A stretch of DNA of 62,537 nt, counting the filler, from Choristocarpus tenellus KU-1152 (taxonomy: Eukaryota > Protista > Phaeophyceae), in the NCBI GenBank assembly GCA_964200185.2. It is 10 parts of 10 records of this genome, joined end to end, with 100 filler letters (N's around TTAATTAATTAA, not from the genome) between each part and the next. Parts side by side here need not be neighbours in the genome. Positions count along the whole stretch, not along the records: positions 1 to 13,736 come from CAXNAD020001387.1; positions 13,837 to 22,919 come from CAXNAD020004003.1; positions 23,020 to 29,564 come from CAXNAD020007892.1; 7 more parts are not named here. One strand, given 5' to 3'. The notes beneath the pieces were generated by a model. That model was not told where the DNA came from and did no database searches. It was given only the letters and a program-made list of their open reading frames with translations. The stretch's first letter is position 1; each line of letters begins with the position of its first letter. Of the stretch, positions 12,760-26,149 are shown in pieces. A program made the position numbers and the translations under genes.

Positions 12760-13672
12760 CACGGACATCCCTCCCTAATTTCACTCTACTTGAATCTTGT
12801 AGTTTATACTACTCAATCCTCAAGACATAAAATATAATACAGATGGTGATATTTTCACCATCATCCTCTATTGTACTATGTACTCTATACTAATCCTCAA
12901 AATATAAATTATATTACAGATAGTGATATTTATTAAAATTATACAATACATTTACTTTGTTGGGTGGCCAAGGTCATTTGTGTGTGGTGTGTGTGGTAAT
13001 TTAGCCTTCAATATATTCCACACATTTTGATTGCTCTCATCGAAAGGCCAAACGAAATCGACATTATAGATGACTTGAGAACACATAGTGTGCGACATAG
13101 TCCAGACATGTCAGAAAAATTTGAACTGGTTGGTAGTCATGGTCCACACATTCAAGGAATAAAATTAGACTGGCTGGTTGACTTGGACCCGTACAATATC
13201 CAGCAGACATAGTCCGGACATGTCAGAGAAAGTTCAACCGAGTCTGGCCATGGGATATGGACTGGTCCAATACCTAGTGGGCATGGAATGGGACATGCTA
13301 AATAATTGTGGGGCTGGTCTGACCAGTGGACATGGACCGGTTTAACACCTAGTGGACATGGACCGCGACATTTTAAACAATCGTGGGACCGGTCTGGCTG
13401 GTGGACGGGACTTTTTTGTATTTGCTGGGGACAGTTGGCATCTTTTACTTTGCAGGAACTTTGAAGTTTGTTCCCCTTCTTACTATTTTTCACTTTAGCT
13501 TTGTTTTCCCCAAGTTTGGTTGGAAAGATTTCCCCCTTTCAAGGAAGGACCACTACTAGTCATCTATTAGATGAATAGCAGTGGTCCCTTTTTCCGTCTT
13601 TATATGGATCGGGAAGAGCTGAAGAAGCTTTCAAACCTACAGCTGAAGGAACTACTACTTGGTAACATTTCA

Positions 13673-13900
13673 GGCTCTAAGTATCTGGGGGGAGGGGGGG
13701 GGGGTCTACACCAGGGTGTCCATTTGGGGCATAACCNNNNNNNNNNNNNNNNNNNNNNNNNNNNNNNNNNNNNNNNNNNNTTAATTAATTAANNNNNNNN
13801 NNNNNNNNNNNNNNNNNNNNNNNNNNNNNNNNNNNNTTCCTGATTTTGGTCCAAATGGACACCCTGATATAGACCCCCCCCCCCTCCTAGATACTTCGCA
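13673..13900. mobile_element. Two inverted family-B Sola2 MITE ends on either side of an assembly gap
   Basis: GGCTCTAAGTATCTGGG...GGTGTCCATTTGGGGC before the gap; CCAAATGGACACCC...CCTAGATACTT after it. Confidence 0.7.
13737..13836. other. Artificial contig linker (44 N + TTAATTAATTAA + 44 N); same at 22920, 29565, 34059, 36734, 44795, 48224, 53399, 58162
   Basis: Nine identical 100-bp gaps containing a six-frame stop linker. Confidence 0.98.
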
Positions 13901-15574
13901 GTCTCTGGAGACTGCGGAGCTGCTCCGCAGCGGTTGAAGATCCAACCACGTTTGTGTGGTAATGCTTTCAATGCATCTTCTCTCAGCGTCAGTGTCGCGG
14001 TCGCGTGATCAATTGCGGGATTTGGTCATGCTGCTGCGCCACAGTACACACACTTCTTCTCATCACCTCAAACATCACAGTGAGTGTCACACAGTACTTG
14101 TTTTTCTGTTGCCTCTCGGCAGAGAAGGTGCCGAGGGTAGATCAAGAGAGCAGAGTGGCGTCGGTGACTCTCCTTGTCTCACCGTCGTGGTCCATGTTGC
14201 TGTGTGGGTCACCCCTGTGTGTGCGCACAGGCTGTCAGCAAATGGCGCTAAAAAGATGTACGCAAATCTTGGGGGGGGGGGTTCGGTATTGCCACACACA
14301 ACACATTTGGGCAATGACCTAACTCGTATCAGTTTTTTGCGGGGAATTCAGCCAACCACTTCATTTTTGTACATTTTGAAGTTGATTGAATGGAAATCAA
14401 CTGCGGTTTCCGCGCGGAGGTTCGAGTCCTGCTGTCGTCGCCACTACTACTGTGAAACAGGTGGAAACAAGCCGACAGACAGGTTCTTCGAATGAAGGGG
14501 AGCGGGGAGACCCACAGGAGGAAAGGTCAAAGAGAGACAAAGTCAAAGAGGGAGAGCAATCCCTCAGAAGATCACTCAGGAAAAGAGTAAACAAGTGGAA
14601 AAGTGAAGGAAGAGGGTTTGGAAGGGCACTCCAAACCACCCAATCTTACTCCAAGCAGATGTTACCTTCAACATGCAAAAACAAATTTCACATGAATATC
14701 ATGATGTTCAAGATAGGTCACCTTCAGGGTATACCTTATACATGCTGTTTAAGATAGGTTGCCTTCAGGTTATACCTTCTGTGGAATATGGCTCTCACAG
14801 TTGTGACCCTCAAAATTGCGCTGGACATGTTCCTCCGCGTTTTTGCCATTATTTGATTGGGGCATAGCTCCCTTTCACCAACGTTTGTTTGTACAATGTG
14901 CACATACCAACCTTCAAAACCACTTGTCATACTCTTTCATTTGATACATATATTGCTGTATCCTTCTTGTGGAAATACAGTGAAAAAAAGGGAAGATTAG
15001 TCCAAAGAAAGGGATAAGCTACTGATATCTCTTCAGTGAAATATTTGTAGACTAAAAATAATAATACCCTTGGACAGCAGGCAGACGCATGTGTCTTCCC
15101 ATAGAAATCTTTTTTAGATGATCCTTTACCACATAGCAAAGTGCAACAAATTGTACACCTCCTTCACTATTTTGTTTGTCAACATACCACAAAAACGTTG
15201 GATAAAGATCAAAGTGGAAACTTTAACTGGGATAGGAAAAATGGGAGACGAAGGGATGACCATTGAGAGTTCTAAACCCAACTAGTGAGAAGGAAGACAG
15301 GAACGGAGACAGTACAAACAGCCGTTGTGGAACAATCGGTTGGTTGTATGAGAAATAGTGCAGTGTATAGTGCCTGACCACCATCGCTCAGGATACTGTC
15401 CCAATAAAGTAGGACATGCAATAAAGATGTTAGTGAAGAGTGGTTAAGTTCAAGTCTGCGCGCTGAAAACGTATCGCGCGACATCGCCCATGGCCCTAGT
15501 CGTCGCATGGATCGCTCTGGGGCCCATATCCATTTGTTGCAACATCTACCTCATCCTTGTCAATTGAGCCAACA

Positions 15575-18413
15575 ATGGGCACACGATTGATCCCTGACCT
15601 TGAGTCTGCTGTACAGTCCTGCAAGCTCACCACCTCTTCGTGGAATGCATTAAGGTTGACGGGATTGTGTGCCTGCTGCTGCATCCGCTTAACAGGATGC
15701 CGAGATCCGGTGGCCTTCGCATATGGGGAGGAAGTCCTTCTTGCACACCTTGAAGAGCACTTTGCCCACAACACTTCTTCTGAAACCGCCTGTTCCAAGA
15801 AGGTCGAGAAAGGCCAAAGCTCATCCTCAACTTATGCTTCGACTTTGGTCGATGTCGCTGAAACATGCCCCCTTTGTCTCGACCTACTCAAGGAGAAAGT
15901 GGTGGTGTCCATTGCGCCCCCCATCACCGCTAAGCAACACGATGGCACGCCAGCTACTGGGGAAATGCCAGTCGAAGACGTGGTAGATCTTTCGAAGAAA
16001 GCTGTGGTGAATCGTCCTATGGCTGAGGAGACTGCTGTAGGGGAAGGAGTGTTGGGTGTGGATATCCCAATTGCGGACATTGATTTGTTGTCTTCTAGTG
16101 GTGGCTTAATCAAGGCCATTTCAGACTGTGTGGGCTCTCGTGGCTATAGCCTGAACCAATTTGGACTAACTGTCTCGGTACCTGGTTGCTTCAAGGTGAG
16201 ACAGGTCGCATTTCTTGAGGCGTACGGTAATCACCTAAGCAATAGGAATGATGTAGTTGATGTGAAGGAGGCCTTCAAGCTTCTCCTGGTCGGTGCGCTC
16301 GAAGTCAAACTAGGCGTCCCTCACGGCGGGGAGCACGACTTCTGGATTGAAATCACAACGAAGGCAACGTTAGCGGATCAGGAGGCTGCCGAAGTGCTTG
16401 GTGGTCCTCCATTGAAGCAGGTCAAGCATAGTCAGGGGGCATGGGGAAAGAACGACCGATGGGAAAAGAGGAAGCGTGCAAGGGCGGAGAGCAAGAATCC
16501 CGGCCTCACATCGGGCATGGTCAAGAAAGCGCTTACCAATCTGACAACAAGCGGTGAAGAAAGCCTTGCACTTTGGGCCAAGAGCTGGGTTAGTGCTAGG
16601 GGCGGGGTAAAAAATATGGGCGAGGATAAGGCCATATCAATGGGCAGAGATGATGGTGATACCGCAGGAACATGCAAAGGGGAGGCCACCAAAGCACTGG
16701 AAGACTCCGATATTTTGGCAGTGGCTATGGAAGGAGAGATTTCAGGAGAAGGGAAAGACATGGAAGAAGGGGTAGTGGGAGGCACTGATAAAGCAACAGG
16801 ATCAAGGTCATGTGCAGACACAACTTCGAGGTTGGAGGCAGGGTCAGAAGCTGGTATTGTAGAGGGTGGAAGGGGGGTAAGTAAAGCCACACTTCTGGAA
16901 CGAGTGCAGTGCCTGGTTGTACTGCGCAGGGACCCCATCTATGTGCAGGGGAGGTACATGAAACTATCGCGGGTGGTACCTCAGACGCCCTGGATGAAGG
17001 GGTTCTACTCTGTTCAGGAAGCAATTGCCGAGCCAATTGAGGCATTCTCTGGGTGTGCTGAGGCAATCCTTCATGGTGGAGGGCGCGAGGACATTGATGT
17101 TCGTATGCTAGGGAAGGGGCGGCCCTTCGTTTTGCAGCTAACGGATTCCCGGCGCTCAATTGAGGAGCTTGTCCCCCTCCTAGCCCAGCTTGTGGAAGAC
17201 GCCAATGCAGACACTGGACGGAATGCAGGAGGAGGGGTATGTGTGGCATCTGGGCTGAGCCTGGCCGGTGCTGGAACTGCACAGAAGTTACAGGGGGGCC
17301 TGGAAGCAAGGAGAAAGAAGTATCGATGTGTGGTATGGGTGTCGAGGGCCATCACAGTGGGAGAGTTGGAGGCGATGTGCCGCCTCCCTATGGAAGCAGA
17401 TGTTACCACTTGTGCTGAGGACTCTATGCACAAGTCAGGACTTGTGTTGCAACAGGCAACACCTATTCGTGTGCTACACCGGCGAACCTTGATGACAAGA
17501 CCAAAGTCCGTGTATGCAATGGAGGGAGAATGGATCAACGCTCACTTCTTTGTCCTGACCATAACAACCTCTGGTGGTGAGTAGAGAGCTAGTGCTATTT
17601 TCTTGTTGCCGTTGCAATCTTGTTGACCGTAGCCCAAGGTACAGCAAAAGATCAGGGTAGCAAAATGTATGCTGTGCAAGCTCACTATAGGGTCCTTGTG
17701 AAGTGTTCTGACTGTACCTTACCTTGGCCAGATGAACTGCTTGAATGCGCAGATAGACTTAAGCTTTTCTCTGCGTCCATTTCTCTTTTCCTGGTCCTAA
17801 CCCTATTGTTGTGGGTTGAAGGCATGTATGAGTGTAAATTTGATCGACTCTGAAGTTTCCACGTGTTTGATTGTAAGCAAATTGTAAGCAAAACACCAGG
17901 TACAGCCAGGCTGCACAAGCAGAGCACGCAGTGTGTGTACGTATGAGGAAATAGTCTATCGAAGTTTCCCCCTTCATATTTGACTTCAGTTTGTCGTGAT
18001 TCAATCGAATTGTGGTGATTTAAATGCTTCAATCACTTTGATTCACAACACCACAGAATCCCTTTGCCTCTCTTCTCTTTCCCTTGATCGATCACAGACC
18101 CCGTCAATCCTATGTCAATCCCCATCATTTTCCTCTCCATTACCGGTCACATGATGTGTGATCATACAACAAAACAATGCATGGTGAAAACGAAAAATGA
18201 ACTCATGGAACTGATCGGAAATATCGCCCCACCCCACCCCCACTACGACAAAAATGTGCAAACCCTGCCTGCATATCAGGCACATATATCAAGGAGTTTG
18301 TGCATGGTGACCTGGGACGTACTGTGCCCTCTGTGGGTTCTCTCCTTGGTTGTCGAGCAGATATATTACAGCTGGATGTGGTGGATGTGTTGGACAAGGA
18401 CGATGAGTTGTAG
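15575..18413 (+). CDS. PUS10: tRNA pseudouridine synthase Pus10; exons 15575-17576 and 18280-18413
   Basis: Motifs GRYMKLSRVVPQTPW, HGGGREDIDVRMLGKGRPF (catalytic Asp), KKYRC, QATPIRVLHRR. Removing a GTGAGT...CAG intron restores TSGGTYIKEFVHGDLGRTVPS...DILQLDV. N-terminal Cys clusters present. Confidence 0.96.
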
Positions 18414-21400
18414 CGTAATTTATCACACAGAAGACAGGGGATCTTTTGCAGACAGTTAGTACAGTAGGATCGGGCTGATTGTGCTGGCGCTCAAATGTTT
18501 CCAATGCATCGGGAGAAGGAGGATAATGTGGGATTGGTATGTTGTAGCATGAGCATGGATCGCTACTGCAGGTTTACTGTGTGAGAAGTAAGGGTGGATT
18601 CTCGTAGGGAAAAGGGTTAGTGAGAAGTGAAGGATTTTGAAGGACAGTTGAAATGTTTGTGCCGTTGGTATAGTTGACAGCTCACTAGATCCATACACAG
18701 TCACAAGGCTTTGTAGGGGGGCGCTGAGTTTGGCCAAAGCTTGTGATCGTGGGGCTCGCTAACACAGCACGTGAGGGCACATACCAGGCGCACAGAGGGT
18801 ATTCCATTAAAATTGTTGAGTGCAGAGGTTAGAGCATTCTTCCAAATTGAGTGCAGGATACTACAAGTACCCATGAGGGAGTTAGCTGTGCGTATATGGT
18901 TGTTTGGAAAAGGTGGTGATAGTGTCTCATAGAGCATTTACAGTAACTGTAATATTGATTTTTTATAGTAGAAGTGCTGTGTACTTGTAGTTTGTCCCTT
19001 TGATATGTTGATTGGTTGTATAGGTCCTAAATATGCCCAAACATACCAAATTGTGATACTTCTGGCAGTTCCTGGCTTGCTCCACAGTATGCAGGAGGAC
19101 AAAGTATCCCTTTGATTCAGGCTTGCCCTATTCATTCTGGTTTCTCCTTGAGTTTGTATGTTTCGTGCATAGTTTGGTAAAGCCTTTATTGTGCTCATGC
19201 CATGCTCTTATTGAGGAAACTCTGGACACCACTTGAATATGAAAAGAGGTAATTCCCTTTACTCCCACCCAACCTCAACTTCTACTGATGGAATCGTCCC
19301 ATATTCAACCACCTGTTGAACATTCTGACTGATAATGTCCTGGAGGTGTGGGTCCAGTTAATAATGTCAATGTGAACTTGTGACTAATCATGGTAGGTTA
19401 GTGTCATGCAAATCCTGGTAACAGTGAGGATCCAACCTCAGAGGCTATGGGGGCATGTAGTGCAACCTCTAGTGATGGAGGGAATGTCTCAGCAGGAAAC
19501 TGTGGTGATGACTGGAGGTGGGCTGGTCGACTAGTTGATGATGCTGTGTTACGATTTCTAACCAACCAGACATGAATATTTGTCATTCCCACCTTCGCAG
19601 CTGGTTGCTTTCCCTGCATCTGGTTGTTTATACGAATATTACCGTCAGGGTTTCTGTTTAGTTGGTGGTACAGTATGACTATGCTAAAACCGTTCGTGTA
19701 TGTGGAATTGTATCCGAGTGTAAATGCATAGCATCATACCGCCCCGCCAATTGCCGATTTCCAAGTTGGCGGTACACAGGAAATTCTCGTGATTGTCGAA
19801 GTCTGCGAGGCTCAATGGTTACATTTAAAACGTTGCTTCGTACACACAAGACCTGTACTTGGAACACATGTAATCTTCGCTAGCAGTGTTCACTCTTGAC
19901 AATAATAGGGTGGCTGGTATTTCTGAGAAATGATTGATGTGCTTACCCCCACGTCTGGTCGTGGATAGAAGATATTATGGTACCATACACAGAACTACTA
20001 CTCTACAAAGTATAGTATAAGTGGTCGTTTGTTCACCTGCTTAATTGCATTTACTTACAAAGTAGTATGCGCAACTACTTCAATCATGTGCAGAAGCCAA
20101 GCTCCCATGCTAAACCAGCCTTCCACTTTCACCTATATCACGCATCACTACACCAACTCCCCCTCTCAGCTTTTCCTGGATCTCCTAACTCCACCCTTCC
20201 CACACCACCAAATCACGAGTAACACACTCATATTAAAGTTTCGGCCGTAATTCTCCTATGGAAAGATGATTAGTGCCCTCATCATATGCGTGTACCAACC
20301 CACTCATGAGATGAACAAATTGCATTGATGGTCCCTGACAAACAATTATACGCACCAGTCACTTGTGTTCTGAAAGGGACTCCTTCATGAACACGGCAGG
20401 AGGGCACTATATAGTATCATTTGTAGTAAATCATTCTTCATGAATCAGTCCATTGTGTTGATAACCTGAACAGATACTCCTGTTCAGAGGTAAAAAGAAC
20501 CGCAGGCAGTATGCTCATACCAACCTCTAGAAGTGGTCACATAATAGCTAGGTAATCTCAGATTAAGAATACCTATAGAAGAGCCTCCGCGTGACACTCC
20601 AGAATGTATACTTTAAGGCACATGGGAGGTCGCAAACAAATGTTCACCTTCAACATCCTGCTAGGTCAAATCACTGGACCAGTAGGTGTTCTCTTCTGCT
20701 TACTTCACATCAACCCCCACCCAAAATTTAAATCTTCAAACCACAAACCACCATTAGTGCACATGCTCTCATGCATGGCAATTGCTGTTGAAGAATAGAA
20801 TTCAAGTAACTCTTCACCCATACATACCAACGAATTGGAACTAACCTGAGGCTGGCCCTGTTCATTCAGCATCCAACTCGAGGGGTGCTTATCATCAACA
20901 TTCAAGGCCTGGACAGGGCAAAACATCAAACGGAGCTCAAGTCTGGACTGTGTAACTGTAATGCATGGTCAGCATGACATATCTAGAGACATAGCGTCAG
21001 CTGTAGATGCAACAACTCTTCTTTGCATTTAGCTACTCCCAACAACAGGATCGCCTCTTGAGTTGGACAACTTCCTTGGTGGAAAGGGTGGTATACCCAG
21101 TGTGCGTATGTGTTTGCTCCTCCCAAGCTTTTGACACCTGACACGACTTAGGGGTGGTGAGGACCATGTTTAAGTATTTCGGGGGTGGCTAGTCAGTCAA
21201 GCGTTCAGGGTTCATCACAGCTTAGGCCCTGCCAAAGAACAGTACATAGCTCAACTTAGTCCAACACAAAAGTACCTCCACCCTACAGATAAGGCGCCAA
21301 ACAATGAGCACTACTACAGTTGAGTCTAGTATTCAACTATTCTTTTGCATTTCCAGAGAGATGAAATAGCTTCCAACCTCTCTAACCCCTCCCTACCACA

Positions 21401-21506
21401 CTCAGTGTGAAAACCAGATTCAAAACCAAACAATGACGGGCTGCCTGCTATACTGCCTCAAACTATATACCCACCCTCCACACAACAATCAACCACACAA
21501 CCCCAG

Positions 21507-22005
21507 CTATCGGTCCTCATCATGCCCTGGACTAACACTCCTGCTGCTGTCTGACGACGGTTTCCATCGCCCCCCCCCTTTCTCCCACGGTGTCTTGTCT
21601 GCTTCCCTCCCAGCGGTTGAGTGTTCCCTGGCGTGGGGACCAGTCCCCAGGAAAGGCGGGGGGCTCCTGCCGTCCCTGGGTCTACTCCTAGGAAGAGGTA
21701 CAGGGCTCCTGCTGTCCCTGGGTCTACTCCTAGGAAGAGGTACAGGACTCCTGCCGTCCCTGGGTCTACTCCTAGGAAGAGGTACAGGGCTCCTGCTGTC
21801 TTTGCGCCTAGTACTAGGGTTAGGGTTAGGGGCATGTGGAGGGCTCCTGCTGTCACTGTTTCTGGTCCTAGAGACTGGTGGAGGGCTTTTGCTTCCCCTG
21901 CACCCAGTCCTAGAGACTGGTGGTGGGCTTCTGCTGTCTCCATGGCTCCAGTTTCGACTGCTATGGCTAAGGCTTCGGGTATTTCGGCCACCTGAGCAAC
22001 CATGC
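21507..22005 (-). CDS. Probable terminal exon of an Arg/Ser/Pro-rich protein with RSPVPLPRSRPRD repeats
   Basis: Pyrimidine-rich tract and CAG acceptor at 22006-22008 (minus strand); open frame to a stop at 21507; 14-aa repeats. Confidence 0.5.
21661..21945. repeat. 42-bp minisatellite (about 3.3 conserved units plus degenerate ~39-bp units)
   Basis: GGGCTCCTGCCGTCCCTGGGTCTACTCCTAGGAAGAGGTACA at 21661, 21703, 21745 and partially at 21787. Confidence 0.9.
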
Positions 22006-24283
22006 CTGTCCAAAAAATGTCAACATTGGCAGGAGGGAAGAGAGCACGGAGGGTGGTGAAGGGTTTCCGTTCTCAATAAAGTACAGTTCAGCAGGCACAT
22101 ACATCATATCAGCAGTCTGAAGCCCACATGGACGCAGACTTTTAAATATTAAGCCAGACAATCAACTGTCTGTGTTCAGCCGAGCGTGTAGCAGGACAAA
22201 AAAAAAGTACTCAAGACCTCTGCAAGCGCCCAGAAGGGCTACAGGACCTCGCAATTTGATTCCTAAAGCATACGAGGCAGTCTTGAAAATCACTTGACTG
22301 CGATTGGACTGTTTGATAATAGACATAAATTGAACATGACCAACATCGAAAATTGAGGGGTTATGATTTGATTGGTTATTATCATTACTGTTATTATTAC
22401 CTCTACTACTACTACTACTACCCTTATTATTATTATTATTATTACACATCGTATGGGTCAAACTGTGCACTCCATCGGAATTTCCATACAGCGCCCAGCC
22501 GACCTCAGCGCTTTGTACGCCTCTTGGTTTGCAACACCAATCAGGGGACTAACACCTTGTAAAAAAGGACAAAACTCATACCCTTCAAGCATTTTGGAAA
22601 AAAAAAAAAAAAAAAAAACATACACACACACACATAAACACACAAAAAGAGAAGACCCATAAAACATGTAACCAAAGCATGACCCTCAAATACATCACCT
22701 ACTTCGCCGAACAAAGGAAACCCACCACACCAGGGTTAGATCATTCGATGAAGCACAGGATGCTTCAGGGTAGTTTGTAGCGTTTGCCTAAACCGTACGT
22801 ACGGACAGTACAATAATTAAATCACACCCATAGTATCGTGGGGGGGGGGGGGGGGGGTCAGGGGGGCCTTGAGGGGGTTTGTGACCCTGTAGTTAACATC
22901 AAAGGCGCAGAGTGAGCGTNNNNNNNNNNNNNNNNNNNNNNNNNNNNNNNNNNNNNNNNNNNNTTAATTAATTAANNNNNNNNNNNNNNNNNNNNNNNNN
23001 NNNNNNNNNNNNNNNNNNNGGCGTTGATGATTTCACCCCTCTTTCGATTTACAGTTCCCCCCCCCCCCCCCCCAAAGTATGGCAAGTGTCGATAGCAGGA
23101 TTGGGATGGTCATTGTTACAATCAAGCTTAAGAATAAGGTGTGGTGCGCTTGTGCAGAGGGGGAGGGGGTGGGTGGGGGAGGGTAGGAGAGTAAGGAGGG
23201 GATCAAGAGGAGGAAAGGGTGGATGGGTTTCACTAATATGAGATGTGATGTGAAAGAAGCTTGAGCCAAGGTAATGCTGATGACGAATTAATGTCTATCA
23301 AGAAAAAAACACACACACTTACACACACACAAACGTGACTACAAAATAGTACACAAAAAAAAACCCGAAGGCAATAGAGCGGTTCCACTGTGCTGGAAAA
23401 AAATAAACATATATATATATATAAACAGTTCGATTTCACGATCCTCTGGAGAAATAAAAAATTGTAACTAATCACTCTCTTCTTCTCCACAAACCCCCAA
23501 ATATCCCCCTAACCCAAAGTAAAAAGCAGTTTCGGAAGCGCATAAACATTTAAAACACAGTTTACGGCGAGAAATTTCTTCTTTGTCCAACTTCTGACCC
23601 AATCTACTTCATTATTCATTTTAACATAAAGCACCGATTCTCATTAAAAAACGAAAAAAAATAAATCCTGCAGTATAAAAAAAAGAAGGGGAGCTATTAC
23701 CGAGAGGATCGGTCACCGACAACACACCGATTGCATCAAAAAAACTACGCAGTGAAATAAACAAAAAAAACTGTTCACTTTGGGCCACGATATGGCACAC
23801 CTACTACAAAAAATAAGAATACTATGTACCCTGTAGTGCATAAGAAGCCGGTGACAGCACGTACTCCAAGTGTACCTTATCTTGTCATCAGCAACCTACG
23901 TACCCTCATACTACCCTACCCACCATTTACAAGTCACAAAAAGCCAGGGTATTTCCTGGATAACTTGGAATTGGCCACCCATAAACCGGCTTTATTTCTC
24001 TCAATGGCAACAAGAGAAGTCGGGGCGTGGGGCTGAGACGGGGGGAGAGGACGACTTAGGAGTCAAATGTGGATGCTGCATCACTATGAAAACACCTCTC
24101 CGTCAAAAGGTCACGACTACCATCACTCAGCGTACAGGGAGGTAAAACAAAATGGCAGTTTCACTTTCAGAAGAAAAAAAAATGCAACAGTTTTCACCAC
24201 TCGGCAGCATGTTGTTCTTATTTTTATGTTCCAAAGAAACTTTCATAATAAAAAAATTAGGTAATATTTTATAGCGGTATGAA

Positions 24284-24316
<33 letters not shown>

Positions 24317-26149
24317 TATGAACCATCCTGTTGTGTATTGCTCACCAGGATGCTCATGCATATGAAGATCTCGCCATTCTGTAGGATCTTTCCTATGGGA
24401 CGAGACCCATTCAAGAAGAGGTACCTTCAGCCCGTTTTACCAACAACATGCCAATCATACATACACCCCCCCGAAAAGGAGTGGCACCAGCAGTAGACAA
24501 GAGAATCGGTCACATAAAATAAAAATAAAAAGAGATGAGTTCAAATGCAAAAGAGGACTAACAAGAGGGCACTGTGCACTAATACATGCAAACGAAAAAA
24601 TAATAATAATACACAATGTCTCAGAAGGTTCAGATCTGTGAGTCTTAACAAAAAAATGTAGTACCTGGTGCAAATTCGACTCGATAGTACATACAAACAA
24701 CAATTGGAAAATTGATGGCATATCTCCGAAACAAAAAATGCGTTAGTATAAGACCTTTACTATAATGCTCTTGCCAGCATCTTATCTACAAGAATGAGCA
24801 GGCATCAACCACCCTTTCGCCCCCAATCCCTCACCCGAAGCAACTCGCCTAGCGCTATCCTCTTTCTTCAACTCTTTAACCCTACACCAGCCGCACTTGT
24901 ACGCACACAATACAAATGTGTACTACTCCCTCCTACAGCCTTATCACATTCAAACGAATTTTCGGAGGGTAGACGGAAGGGGGGGGGGGGGGGGAGAGGA
25001 TACCATCCAGGATGTAGACATTTTGGTCCTCTCAGGTAACACCTCCACCTGCTCGAAGCTGTATGGATAGTCTTACCTCTCTGAGTCTGAACAATATGCA
25101 GTGCTAGGAACAGATTAAGCTGGTCTTTGGTGTACCTCCTTGATGTATAAACAACCCTCCAACATGTTCACCGAGGTAGTGATTTTCCTCACAAAAGCGA
25201 ACACTACCACTAATAAAATGTGGGGAGGTCGGCGATCACCGTGAGCTTACCCCTTAGCCTCCAAAAACCGAACGCATAACGCCTGACAGAAAAACACACA
25301 CACACGCACACACTTGAAAAAAAAAAAATGGATTAGGTGGTAGTTTTAAATTTCAAAGATTTACTTCGTTCTAAAATTCACACTAAATTCATGATTAATA
25401 ATAGAACTCTAGTTTTTTTGGGGTTTTTTTTCGAACATCTTCGATACTAGTACCACTGAGCAATGCCATTACTCATCAACTAAACCGTAATCTCACCATG
25501 TCCCTGGTCTAGCTGTGCTTGACATAGGACCAGGTCCAAGATCTGAGTACAAGTACTTGTAAGAGTACCGGTTCTATCTTTGGTCTGTAGTTTGAATTTA
25601 CTCGAAGGTCACGTCCCAGGTCGACATATACGTGTGCGTGTTTTCTGTATAACGCCAAGGCAAACTGCATACAAACCCCTGATAAGTTTATATAAGTTTG
25701 CAAATTAACAAGAAAAAATATAAGAACAATGCAGACATAAAGGGAATCAAACCCCCTGATACCACTAGAAGGGAAAGAAAACCCCAACAGAGACCTTACA
25801 ATACAACTCACCGCAAACAGAAATACAGGAGTACTCTTGACTGCTCTCTAAAAGAATGCCTTGTGCCTCTACATCAGTGGGAAATCAGCTTCCACCAGGG
25901 TTACCCAGACCTTTGCACAGAGTCCGGTTTTGAAACCACAGACTCTGTGGGCCCCAAAGTTGAGTTCGATTCACACTCAAGACATAAGGTTCCAGTGTGG
26001 CGCCTGGGTCATGCCTGAGTACGGCTTACTTCCCATCCCATACTTCTGGTTTGAACCTTGGTCTACACTTCAGGTTTAGGTTTCCCTCAAGTCACAGGTC
26101 TACTTATTGTTGAACTTCCATTATAACTTGTGGGCATACCCGAAGGCGC

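Noticed and set aside
13781-13792. TTAATTAATTAA as a biological motif or piggyBac TSD
   Set aside because: Always centred in 100-bp N gaps; it is an assembly linker.
13900-14500. Minus-strand exons of a gene divergent from PUS10
   Set aside because: CpG-rich and plausible, but no consistent frame or homology could be established.
16432-17538. Long minus-strand ORFs
   Set aside because: Antisense shadows of the PUS10 exon.
18500-21300. Possible LINE remnants
   Set aside because: No diagnostic motif could be read with confidence.
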